Of a stretch of DNA of 64,000 bases, positions 1 through 11,576 are shown piece after piece. A program made the translations under genes and the position numbers. The DNA lies in the NCBI GenBank assembly GCA_028023455.1, contig JAQFVV010000004.1, positions 25,358,001 to 25,422,000 on the forward strand, written 5' to 3'. The stretch is from Epiperipatus broadwayi (taxonomy: Eukaryota > Animalia > Onychophora). Position 1 is the stretch's first letter. The number at the start of each line of letters is the position of its first letter. The notes under the pieces are model-generated. The model ran no database searches and had not been told where the DNA came from. It was given only the letters and a program-made list of their open reading frames with translations.

Positions 1-519
1 ACTGTTATATGAAATATTTTTGAAGTGTGTAATATTATTTCCTTATGGAGTTATTTGAAATGTGAATAATAAAGTTTTATTTATATATACTCATATATAT
101 ATATATATGCTTAATGTCAATTTTTTTTTTCTATATTTTAAATTATATTATACGGACTATAAAGATTATTTTATTAAAATATTGTACAGGCATATAAGAA
201 TGGAATGTATACACATGTATGTGTGTGTAGAAATGTCAGAAACAATTAGTTTAAATTTTATAAATCTAAAAAAATTCCTTAATACTAGATAAATAATTAA
301 TAAATTTTTATAGAAGGAATGTTAAAATATATATAATTGTATAAAAGATTGAAGAACATTGCTGAAAGAACAATAAATAAAAACCTATGTAAATGTGTAA
401 TCAGTATTGTCAATAAAATCTCTCTCCACAAAGTTTCCAATAAGCTCATCAATCATTCTGCCACTGGAAACCATGCCTAATGAGATCCAGTGAGTAGAGA
501 AGTAATGTACATTTTCCCT

Positions 520-670
520 TCATCATCTCAGGGGAGTGTAAATTTTAGTTCCAATATAGTCAGTAAATCACTACCCATCTGAAATCTGAATGAGCATCTT
601 GTCTGTATACTGATATTCAAAAAATAAGATATATGCTGATGATACTGTGATGATATATGAATACAACATG
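520..670 (+). mobile_element. Decayed non-LTR retrotransposon reverse transcriptase fragment
   Basis: SQGSV (QGS motif) at ~526-540, then a frameshifted LVPI segment, then IYADDTVMIY with YADD at 632-643. No intact ORF. Confidence 0.45.
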
Positions 671-3600
671 CTGACCATCCGTGCCTACATTTAAGAAATA
701 TCAAGAATGAGCTACCCAGTCAATTATGTTACTGTCATTCATCTGCTGATCTGAATAATCAGTTTGTCTCCCTAATAACAAATAACTATTAATAGTCAAA
801 AAAAAGGGTCATCCAAAGTGAATTTCCTACCATGGAAAGCATCACTTCCTTAGACTTACATGATGTTCTTTATACATTGCCATGTTCCAAATCCTTTGTA
901 AAGATAATTGCATAACTATTGAATTCTGATTGAGATCTCCACAATTCCTAAATACCAATAAATTTTAAACAATTCTTTGTATACTTGTTTACTTTTTTAA
1001 TGTTTTATGTTATTTTAATAATATCTAATCTCTTCATTATATGTATAAATTAAACTAACCTATACCTGTTTAAGAATGACTGAGTAAGTATTGATATATG
1101 TGGTCACTTTAAGTCATACATATATGCTATCTTTGAGTATTGAATGATCAGGTGACAAAGGACTATTATATAAACTTTTGTAGACTCACCTTTTCTTCCC
1201 CATAAAAGAAAGTTAATCAATAAAATGTGAAGATTCTTTAATTCCCCTTCCTCACTTGGCTCAAAGATGTTCATTTTTAACAATACAATAATTCAAGCAT
1301 TCTAATTAGAATTTTGCTCTTATTTAAATTATCAAGATCTGAAAATCTAATTTTAAACAAATATAAGATAAAAGTTGATTTACATTTTCTAATGGACAAA
1401 TACATATATGCTTTAGCTAAGATGTTAAGATTTCATGTAAATGTTTAATTATAATTATATACCTAAGTCACAAACCTGTCAAGCTATTTTATTAGTATTA
1501 TGGATTAATATGATTTTTAGGTTAGATCTTCATTAGGTAGGCATTAATAGAATATGTTATCATATTATGAGTATCTTGATTGAGCCAATTAGGCATTAAT
1601 TCACTGGGCCACATGATTTATGACTGCTTATGCAATCTTATATTGTGACTTTTCACAATTGTTTAATATATTCCTCATTGCTTATTTAAATAGCATTGCT
1701 GGGTTATTTGTCTGTTTTTGCGTGTGTTATAAACTTGTGTTTTACTACTATGAGTTAAAGTGATTATTCCTGCTCTTTAGAAATTGATTAGCTGAATGTT
1801 TTTCTAGAGATGGTCATGCCAATGCAGACCTATCTCTCACATATATATTCAATATTCATACTCAGTAAACTTGGCCATTTTAATATTATTATCAAAGCAG
1901 AGAATTTTTTTGCATAACAGTGATAAGCTTATTACCAAAAAAATGGGAAGATTCTCTTCCTTATTTATATGACCCTCTGTTCCAATGAAATTTCTGGGTT
2001 ATGATCTTGCTAAGATGGAAATATTCCATCATCTTTTCATCACCAGGGAAACTCTTCTATTGCACCTAACCTAGAACTGTGATCAGTATTTCTTAAATAT
2101 ACTTTAAAGAATGAAGTAGTAATCATGTAGTCAATCATAATTTTAATTCATTTGTAGTTATTTATCAATAACTCTGATTTTATATATATATACATAAATA
2201 TTTCTAGCTTAACCTTGCTTGATTTTTCATTAATTAATAGCTAAATCATTGTAGAACATTCATCATGGAGGGTATAGAAATGTGTGAAGCTTATATTGTA
2301 AAATCTAGTGATAATAATGCTGTTCATTTGTTAATTCATGATAAACCTATAAGAAAACACAATAGAATCTTGTAGATTTAAACCTAGGCCTATGAATAGT
2401 ATCGTATAAACTTTTATTTTTCTTCGTTATATATTTTTACTATGTCATTACCTCTTACATTTATGTCCTGTTTACCACAGTTAACATTTTAGTTCTTAAG
2501 AAAGCCTTGCATCTCTGATCTCGGTGGGGTATAAAAAGGGATATATATTATCATCAGATGCAGTAGTCATGTGAAATTTGTCCTGGGGAATAAGTAATGA
2601 GGTTCAACTTTGTATTATCTGTGGTAATGATTTATATAGATGTTACACACATACATGCATGTTAGTGACCTTCGCTTGGTTCCTAGGATTAGTTTTGTGA
2701 AATAAGTTAATTTTTAAAGTAGATGTTCAACATTTCATAAGAGTATAAAATCATTTGTATAACTTATTAATATATATATATTATAGAGCTGCTATATATG
2801 ATATTTTGTTATTATTTTTTACAATTTATATAAAAAATTACTTATTACATTTATGCATATATGTAATATCCAAATTCTAGGATTAATGATTATGCTTCTA
2901 TTGTGGAAGAAATAATTTTTCAATCTTTAAAGTAGTTTATTTCAAAGTAGATGCATAAATATTAATCCTGAAATTTGTGTATATGTGTGTATATAAGTGT
3001 AAAGCATTAATTGGGGTTTCAAAAAAAAAACATTAATTGGGAAAATAAATATTTTTAATAATTATAAAACATAGAACTACTTGAGAATGGTTACAAAAAT
3101 AATGAAAATAATTTTTGAATACCTATAGTTGTTATTATAAATATTAACTTAATTGATATTCTCTAGATTTCTTTATTATTATTACAATTTATTAATCTAT
3201 AAAGGATGTTTTACTTTATTTGTATATAAACAAAAAAAAAAAAAGAGAACCTCAAATAAGTTTTCTACTATGCTTATTGGTTCAGGAAAATTTGTTTCTT
3301 TTTTTTTTTTTTAGTTCTAATTTTTCTGAAAGGTAAACAGCCCATTATCTAACATTGGACCATAAATGGGAATACAGCTATTCTTAACTAGCAAGTAAAC
3401 CAAAAAATAGAAATTTTTTGAATAAGAGGCTATGTCAATGAGGTCTTTTCCCTGTTGTGGGCTGTTATAGATTATTTATCTGTAAGTGAAACATGTTTAA
3501 ATATCTTATTGCATGTAGCTTTCCAAAGTTCTTTCATAGAAGAATATCACATGAAAGATTTTACTTATAAAGTTAGCCAGCTATTAGTAGATAATTTTAT

Positions 3601-5232
3601 GATTTATGTTATTGCATTTTTGTCTAAGAATAGATAGATGTGTGGATAGCTGAGATGATTACAAAGTGGATCTTGGCTATCTGAAAATATTTCCAAATTT
3701 TACTTGGGTTCAAACTCCAGGTCATAGACATGACAAAAGGATGCACTATTAATATGTAATAAAATCTATAAATATATATATCTGTGTGTATATGAGTACA
3801 TGTGCAATGTTTTTTAACTATTGTCAATATAAACATCGAACATTAAGTAAAATTATAATATCCCTGTTAATGTTTGATTGTTGAATCAAGTGTATTATTT
3901 ACATATATATAAATGCTATAAAACTTTTGTATTGGATTATCCATAAAATAATTCTTCAAAAAAATCACTTTATTCTTTCAATTTTTTATTTTTATAAGCA
4001 AAACTAATAAAGAAATTTTATTGGATTTAAAAATTTAAAATATTGAGTTATTATATAAGATTGTTTTTATTAGGATTAATAAAAATATATACGTAATTTT
4101 ACTCACCTTTATCAAACATAAATCAAAATAACCGAATTATAATAAATTTTTAATTCTATTTGCCTCTTGCAAATTTTTACAACCAAATGATTAACAACAA
4201 CGTATGTTGGAGTTTTAAATTAGATATAGCTTAACAATTTTATAAAATCATAAAAAGAAGATGAATGTCTTTAAAAAGTAAATAAAAAAAGTAATAAAAT
4301 ATCTTAGTTTATTCAACATTTTATCATCAGCATGAAACTTGTTATTGAGATGTACAATTTAACACAAATATGTTAGGAATATGTTAAATTATTTTAAATA
4401 AACACAATTATTTTTGACATTAATAATTATGATGTTAATATCTTTATAAAGTATAGTAATGAAAGAAATAATTGCGATCTTACAATAATATATATATATG
4501 TGTGTTATATCATGTTTGTGTTGTTTAATTTATTACTTTTATAGATTAAATGTTTGAGATGAATCTTAACCAGGATCATCTCATTACTGTGATTGGTCAA
4601 TATCAAATTACTTGAAGAAAAAAAGAACCATTTACTTACTAGATCTGACAACTGCTAGATAATGAGGATTTTAGATTATTTCACTTTTCTTTCTATCTCA
4701 GAATATCTATATATTTTCTGACCAGTATTATATAACTAGTTAGGTACACTATGAGTCAAGTATTTAAAAAAAAAATGTAATGCCTGATTGGCATTTGAAT
4801 ACACTTTCAAGTTATGCCTAGCCCAGACCATTGCTTGGTGAGAAGATTTAATAACACTATGCCAGATGATTATTATGAATTTGTGTAAAAGAAAAATTAG
4901 TTCATCCATCTATGTGGCTTATTAAATGATGCAGGTCTGATTAATAAAATATATTATATGCATCTATCTGCTTCTAACATTATATAATAATGCATGTAAA
5001 CATAATATTTGATTTTGTTTTTTGTTTAATTTAAAGTAAGATACCAACACATGCTAAAAGATAGATTTAATATATTTGCATAAATCCTTAATACAAAGTT
5101 CTTAAATATTGATAGTTTTGCTACAATCAGTTTAAAAGTCTACAAATTTTTTAAACTGTAATTTATTTAAAGCACGAAGTGCATTCTAAATGTTTTTATT
5201 TTGTTTGCAAATATTTATGTTATGTTGGAATA

Positions 5233-6517
5233 CAGGGTGTCCATAAAGTCTGTGTATAATTTTAAAAATTTATAACTTTAATAGTATTTGTGATAAAAAA
5301 AAATCTGTAAAAAGTATTAAACCATTAACATAAAAAGTATTAACTTAATGTGCCTAGATTTAAGAAAAATTATTTAATAACTCTTCAACATACTTTAATA
5401 ATTTTTTAAAACTTTAAAAATACTTCTTTTTCAGAATTACATGACCCATGGCTTCAACTGAAAACAAAATAAACTGTGTCCTTTGATTGGCTGAACTGAA
5501 ATCTACAGTAAAGAACCACCTCATATGAATTCTATTGCCAAATAGATGAAAAAATTCAGAGATAGGCTCAACCCATGATAAGCCATGTTCTGTCAGACCC
5601 TGTGCCAGCAAAGAAAGTGCAGTATCCATAGAACAATCATTTAAGGTAAGTCCAAAAAAGTCATTAAGATGAGCATCACTAGAAGTCCACTGATGATAAG
5701 ATTCTGTGGGAAAGACTTCACCTGACACCTTACAAAATTCAATTGCATCAAATATTGTTAGAAGAGGACTGTCATCCATAATTAACTTTCTGCCATCAGT
5801 TCAATAAAAAAAATGAGCAATGATGATGCATTTGTAAGTAGTTTAATGTTCTCTGATGAAGCAACATTTCACATTAGTGGCAAGGTCAACAGGTATAATT
5901 GCTGGATTTAGGAAGTGGAAAACCCACATAAACTCTCTTAAAGTTAATGTGTGGTGTGCTTTGGAGAAAAATCAAATCAAAGGACCATTCTTTTTTGAAG
6001 GTCATGTTATTAATGATGACATCTACTTAGATATGCTTCAGAATTATTTTATTTCTCAGCTTGAACAATTGGGATTAAAAGATGATACAGTATTTGAAAA
6101 AGATGGGGCTTCTTGCCATATTGCTCTGTGTGTTAGAGAGATTTCCTAATAGATGGATTAGAAGAGATGACCATTTTCTTGACTTTCACATTTTCCATAC
6201 TTGACTCCATTAGATTTTTTTTATGTGGACATATGAAATCAATAGTGAATGCAACCAAACCTTGATTGTTAGAAGATTTGAAAGCTAAAATAATTAATGA
6301 GATTTTAGGCATTATTATAAATCAATTGACAAATGTTTTTAGAGAACTACCCTTTGTATTACTAATAATGGTGGACATGTGGAAACTTAATAAAATACAA
6401 TAAAATAAAAAATGTAGATTTTCTTATTTCCAATATATTCTACATAATTTCTATATCACAAATACTAATAAAATAATAATTTTTTTAAAATTGGACAAGG
6501 ACTTTATGGATACTCTG
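5233..6517 (+). mobile_element. Full-length decayed Tc1/mariner-superfamily DNA transposon (maT/DDxD-like), ~1.29 kb
   Basis: Imperfect TIRs CAGGGTGTCCATAAAGTC...TTTTAAAAA (5233-) and TTTTTAAAA...GACTTTATGGATACTCTG (-6517). TA on the left, CA on the right. Internal transposase motifs are present. Confidence 0.9.
5448..6390 (+). pseudogene. Transposase pseudogene with stops, frameshifts and deletions
   Basis: Translated pieces: MASTENKINCVL*LAELKS, SPKKSLR*ASLE, RLHLTPYKIQLHQ, FSDEATFHISGKVNRYNC, KVNVWCALEKNQIKGPFFFE...YLDMLQNYF...KDGASCH, LTPLDFF. The minus-strand track ORF 5414-5779 is only its antisense shadow. Confidence 0.88.
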
Positions 6518-6798
6518 CATATCAAATTCTAAACAATTTCTATGTTAAAAAATGTATAATAAAATAGATGTTCAAAAAAATCTTCTCATGATATTCTATA
6601 TATAATCTGATGAATAGAATGTTTTTTTTTATATTTATAGATCTAATAGTAGTCAAATATAAATCATAAACTGATGTGCATCTTAATCACAAAATCATAT
6701 TACAAATCTAAGTTTGTTTGTTTTTTCTGCTTTCTTTCAGTTAAGGTTTCATGCCACATTCATCATCTTTATTTTCTGTTTATTCTACAAATCATTTC

Positions 6799-7160
6799 TT
6801 AGAGCATTACTTTAAAATTCAATAATCAAGAATCTAAGTATTCAGGTTTGAATCCCATGCTAGTACTGTCACTGGTCAGGCCAGCAACACCTGAAGAAGA
6901 GGGGAGAAATGTTGTGCATATACAAACCTGTTTATATTACTAACAGTTAGTGCATATACTAAACTGTTTCCTGTGATATTACTAACAGTTGGTACATATA
7001 CTAACTTGTTTGCTGTGATATTACTAACAGTTGAATGTATTTGGAATATTTAAATAAAACTGAATTTTCTAAAGACATTCAACACATATATTAGATGTTG
7101 GAAATAGTCCAATATAAAAATACAAGTAGAACACTATCATCACAAACTTTCAGGAAAACA
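6799..7160 (+). mobile_element. Family A tRNA-derived SINE, copy a (HHR stem II deleted, internal ~42-bp triplication)
   Basis: TTAGAGCATTAC...GGTTTGAATCCC head, CCTGAAGAAGAGGGGAG, and the shared tail GAAATAGTCCAATAT...TCATCACAAACTTTCAGGAAAAC. Aligns by eye to copies at 9.5, 17.7, 18.2, 51.6 and 58.9 kb. Confidence 0.85.
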
Positions 7161-8205
7161 TATAATTACTAATACTGTTTTTGAATGTGTTTTTAATATT
7201 ATCATTTTATAATAACAGTATTAAATAAAAATCACTTTGACTAGAAGCACCAAGTATGGGACAGTCAGATATGGATTCATGGCACTAAAGCAGCTGGAGG
7301 AGAACTGTCTGTTGGCCTGGAAAGACAGTGTCTTTACAAGAGGACATTTTTGCAGAATAATGTCATTGAGCATACCGAGTTTCTCTTCACATTGTTAACA
7401 TAATTAAAATTTAATAATGTTGGATATTATTCCTACTATCTTCTAATATGTGAGTCTGTTTATCTCAGCAAGTTTCTGCAGATAAAAGTATAAGCTATCA
7501 TGGTATGTTTTAATTAGAAATGAAATTGATTAAAAAATATAAATTTATCTGAAGTTGTCAAGCACTTAGAGAAATTCTTCAATCTTTTCTACTTTATGAG
7601 CAATATTTAAGCAGTAGGGATCAAAACTAAAAGGCTAAAAGTTTCTGGATTGTTTTTCAATTAATAAAACTAAAACCAAGGGAGATTGAAAAAAAATTGT
7701 AAGTTCTGCCAGCTTTTGGTGCAATTCAGCATTTTTTCGTCAAATACTTTTAATTCATTTTTATAGATTATTACACCTTTTTAAATATTTAATTACATTA
7801 ATAAAATATAATAATAATAATAATAATAAATGCACCAATGAGTGGTTAAACCATGCATATAAATAAAAGAATTAAAAATAAAATCAATTTAAAACAAAAT
7901 TGAAATAGATAACTCGCTATAAATAAAAGCATTATTTAATACACCAGTCTAGCTATCTTACTTTATTGGAATCGTTTTAAATTGTTTTTTTTTTTACACA
8001 ATCACATAACCAATTACCCTACAGCAACTTCCCCAATGGATATTATTTACATTACATTACAATAAATATAATTATTAAAATATGTACATTAAATACAATT
8101 AGTAAAATACATATATGTACATAAAATGATTAAACTTATTACAGTTCTTCCCCACTTCATAATATATATATACAAATAATCTAAAAAAACAACAACAATA
8201 ATAAT

Positions 8206-8304
8206 GTCAAGCATTATTAGTCGAGAGGTCATCACAGCTGCCTTGCAAGCAAGTAGTTGGTTGCAGACAGTTGTGGGTTCGCCTCCCGGACGATACTATG
8301 ACAT
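8206..8304 (+). mobile_element. Family C tRNA-Gly(TCC)-derived mini-SINE or tRNA pseudogene, copy 1
   Basis: GTCAA-GCATTATTAGTCGAGAGGTCATCACAGCTGCCTTGCAAGC...GGGTTCGCCTCCCGGACGATAC-TATGACA resembles animal tRNA-Gly-TCC. It has an internal duplication and an A/AAT-rich tail. Confidence 0.7.
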
Positions 8305-8364
8305 ATGAAAAAAATAATAATAATAATCCTTCCTTATATTTTTAAAATCATAACTCTAAAGTTT

Positions 8365-8570
8365 CTAATAATCTAACAATGCCCATTTTGCCCCCAATTG
8401 TGCTGGACCTTTAACCATGTTTAAACGTTTGTTTAAATTTTCATGAATATACAAAGTTTGGATAACATTTTCTTTCCTTGTAATTTTTAACATATTTTTA
8501 TTACCTGAATATTTTTTTCACAATTCATTTTATGTCCAGTATCCAAAAAATATATATGGCTCTGATCTTA
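8365..8570 (-). mobile_element. Family D Penelope-like element fragment (GIY-YIG endonuclease C-terminus)
   Basis: Minus strand reads LDTGHKMNCEKNIQVIK...LYIHENLNKRLNMVKGPAQLGAKWALLDY*. This is homologous to the peptide in the 62.5-63.6 kb palindrome. The 3' UTR may extend left to ~8030 and be interrupted by family C. Confidence 0.7.
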
Positions 8571-9545
8571 AATCCTTTCTGTTAATTGCCCCATCATGCT
8601 CCTTACCTCTTTCCATGGCAATCTTTCCTGTCTAGTCTTTATATATATATATATCATATTGCAAAGATCATAACTAATTTTATAATCCAAAAAAAAGGGC
8701 GATGTTATATTATTGGAAAGTTTAGAGTTATAATTTTAAAAATAGAAGGAAGCAATTATTATTATTGTTTGTTTTTTTTTTAAATTTATTTATAAATATA
8801 TGTTGTAACCAAACTATGATTTCCAGCCCCTCTGATGGTTGATTTATTCCCTGATAAGCATATTGTAGGAAGGAAAGAATGATTTGTGTTACCCAATGCT
8901 GACTTACCCCCCACCCCCTACAACAATATTTCCTACTCATCAGAGGGTGTAGCATTATAGAATCTGGAAGCATGTAAAAATTTATCTGTTGGGTTTTCCA
9001 AATGGTGCCACTAAAGTTCCATCTTATTACAACCTTACTCACCTAGATCTGGTTATGCTGAACATAGTTCAGAAAACATGAGATTCCTGTGACAAGTACA
9101 CTAGAAACTGGATGATAAGAAATGAAACTGATAAGATGTTTTATTTTATATAACAATAATTTATTTAAATAACAGTATTTGGATAACACTTTCTAATAGT
9201 TCATTGCAATTCTGGTTCCATAGATCAGTTAGTAACTCCTCTAATGCTTGGTCCTATCATTGATGATCATGCAGTATCCATCTTTTATATTCCATCATCC
9301 TGTTCTGATAGCATTCTCATAGTAGGGATTTATGTAGATCTCTAGGTGTTCATCATAGATATCTCTCCTATCATTTCTCAAGTTTAATTTCTCCTTTTGT
9401 AAGTCTAGATTCTCTTTATATGCACATAACCTAGTGTGACTATACATAATGTATGGAAGCTGCTAATCAACTTTGTTCTTAGGAAAAAGTTGGAGAAATC
9501 AGAAGGAACCTTATAGATATGTTTATGAAATTTCTACTGACTGTT

Positions 9546-9854
9546 GCCTTGGCAGAATGGCTCAGTTGCTTAAAAATTCAATAATCAAGAATCTAAGGAC
9601 CCAGGTTCGAATCCCATGCTAGTACTATCACTGGTCAGGTCAGGGACACCTGAAGAAGAGGAAGTAATAATATCTCTTGAAACATTGTGTATATACTAAC
9701 CTGTTTGATGTGCTAACTAACAGTTGAATGTACTTGGAATATTTAAATAAAATTAAATTTTTCTAAAGACATTCAATACGCATATTAGATGATGAAAATA
9801 GTCCAATATAAAAGTACAACTAAAACACCATCATCACAAACCTTCAGGAAAACA
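9546..9854 (+). mobile_element. Family A tRNA-derived SINE, copy b (most complete)
   Basis: A-box-like TGGCTCAGTTGC, B box GGTTCGAATCC (9604-9614), HHR-like motif, and the shared 3' tail. Confidence 0.9.
9646..9690 (+). ncRNA. Minimal type-I hammerhead ribozyme motif inside SINE A
   Basis: ACAC-CUGAAGA-AGAG(loop)CUCU-U-GAAACAUU-GUGU. Stem I is ACAC/GUGU. Other copies have AATGTT, implying an ancestral palindromic AACGUU stem III eroded at its CpG. Confidence 0.65.
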
Positions 9855-10430
9855 TATTTAATTCATGTATATAGGAGCATATTTGTATAGACACATATTT
9901 AATTCAAATGTTATTTAGTTTTCTTACCTTTAAATTTATATGTTGGGAATTCACTGCTGGTAAATCTGAATGGTGTACACTTTCTTTGGTGGTCACTTAG
10001 ACATTATTTTTCAACTTCTTCATGGTATGGAAAAGGAAGGCAAGCTATCCTTGTTAACTGAAGATTCTATTGTTATCCATGTTGATAATCTACTTTTTCA
10101 TCTTGCAGTTTTACAGTAACTCTGGGTTTATTATGCAATTGATGGCATGATGATTCTCATTTTAGTTGATCTGGTTTTCTAAATTGCAATTAGCTGTGTA
10201 GTTAAATAAATCAAAGATTGACTTTAAAACCAGGTTTAATGATCTACAAATCAAATTAAAAAGACTTCAAAATAAATTTTAAAAATTCAATAAAAAAAAA
10301 GGAAGAATTTTAATTCGGGATTAAAGCAGTCTGATGATTTAGACATAAATTTGGAGAATTCATCAAGAATCTATGTTAATAGTTAAGGAAATAGATAAGA
10401 CTGAAACTTAGTTTGACTTAGAAATTCAGA

Positions 10431-10737
10431 ACTACAGAATGAATGCAGAGATATTCAAATATTGTGCCAAGGGTTATCAGAAGTAAATAAAGGGCCTCAA
10501 GCTAAATCTAGAATAAAATTTGAAGAAACTATAGAAGTTACTAAATATGGATGTGATTATGCAGAAAATGATTCTTTGGATAATAACAAGGAGAATATTT
10601 TTCTAAATGATAACAAATATAAAGATAAGATATTATTGAATAAAGTTGATAAATATTTAGCTCAGCATTCCATGGTCAATTATAAATCACTTTTAAGATG
10701 TAGTTTCCCTCATATATTTTTGAACTGTAGAAAATAA
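10431..10737 (+). other. Possible coding exon or decayed ORF of unknown product
   Basis: About 100 open codons (ELQNECRDIQILCQGLSEVNKGPQAKSRIKFEETIEV...) follow a TTCAG acceptor-like site. Upstream is stop-ridden coiled-coil-like sequence. No family recognised. Confidence 0.25.
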
Positions 10738-11422
10738 ATTGCTCTACATATTAATTTAGAAACACAAAACTTATGAATTCAGTGAGATAAGTGAGAGTTA
10801 TTATTATGTATACTTTATTAAAATAATAAGTTAAAATATTATGTATTTATAAATGAAAGAAATTATTATTGTGAAATGTATAATGGGTGGAAAATATTAA
10901 AAAAAAAAAAAGTTAGTAAGAAAGTTTAGACATTCTTATTCTATAAGTAATGATGATAGAATCAAGACTACTTATTTTCAAAATGATTGTAATAACTTAG
11001 AAATTATGTTATTTCACAAAAATATTTATAATATGGTACTGATTTTGTTGATTTTAAATGTATTAAATATTTATATCAATATAATTATATATAAAGGTAA
11101 TGACACAAGGCCTAAATAAGTATCAATTTGTTATTAATAATTATGTTAATGTTTTCTTGTGGTATAAAGATACCATATTTATATGGAATAAAATAATTAA
11201 CCTACTATTTATAATATAAAATAGTATTTTGAAATGATAGTTGTGTTGTTTTATACATAACCAATCTGATTTAAATTTTATAAATTAAATAAATGTGATC
11301 TTTTCTATAGTGTACATTTTGTTAATAATAGGTAGTTTTTTATAACCCATACCAGGATCTTTAATAAATAAATATTTTGTAATGTATCTTAGTTAAATAA
11401 ACTAATTTAATATAACAAATAT

Positions 11423-11576
11423 ATTATAATGAAGGAACAATCTCTTATGTGCTTTAAGATTCTTCTTACACTTGCCTGTAGCCTCCTTGTACTCGCCCAT
11501 GAGCATTGATACTTGCAGGTGAGTGCAAAGAGATTCTTAAAACACATGACCAGAGGGATTGTTTCTTCATTATAAT
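11423..11576. mobile_element. MITE-like foldback, ~154 bp, with ~60-bp imperfect inverted arms
   Basis: ATTATAATGAAGGAACAATCTCTT...TTAAGATTC...CACTTGCCTG pairs with CAGGTGAGTG...GATTCTTAA...GGGATTGTTTCTTCATTATAAT. Confidence 0.7.

Noticed and set aside
860-1338. Two minus-strand exon candidates (860-947 and 1190-1338) with good GTAAGT/GTGAGT donors
   Set aside because: Splice phases are incompatible, stops occur, and the peptides are unrecognised. I cannot build a gene model.
2505-2562. Minus-strand CUGAUGA with flanking GCAU/AUGC complementarity
   Set aside because: GAAA is replaced by GAGA and there is no valid cleavage triplet.
3422-3637. 72-codon plus-strand open frame
   Set aside because: No recognisable motif or consistent splice partner, and such lengths can arise by chance.
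5689-5720. CUGAUGA...GAAA inside the mariner
   Set aside because: It is part of transposase coding sequence and lacks stems.
5414-5779. 121-aa minus-strand ORF
   Set aside because: It is the antisense shadow of the plus-strand mariner transposase N-terminus.
6914-7032. Repeat array as CRISPR-like
   Set aside because: The units are adjacent with no unique spacers, lie inside a SINE, and the context is eukaryotic.
8206-8304. Functional tRNA gene (also considered for 33986-34071)
   Set aside because: The D and T arms are mutated, copy 1 has an internal duplication and copy 2 a TSD, all pointing to retroposed pseudogenes.
8905-8950. Minus-strand CUGAUGA-GUAG-GAAA string
   Set aside because: There is no stem II and no NUH triplet in register. 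At best it is a badly decayed motif.
9985-10000. GTGGTCACTTA as the right TIR of a hAT MITE starting at 9432
   Set aside because: The match is short and there is no 8-bp TSD.
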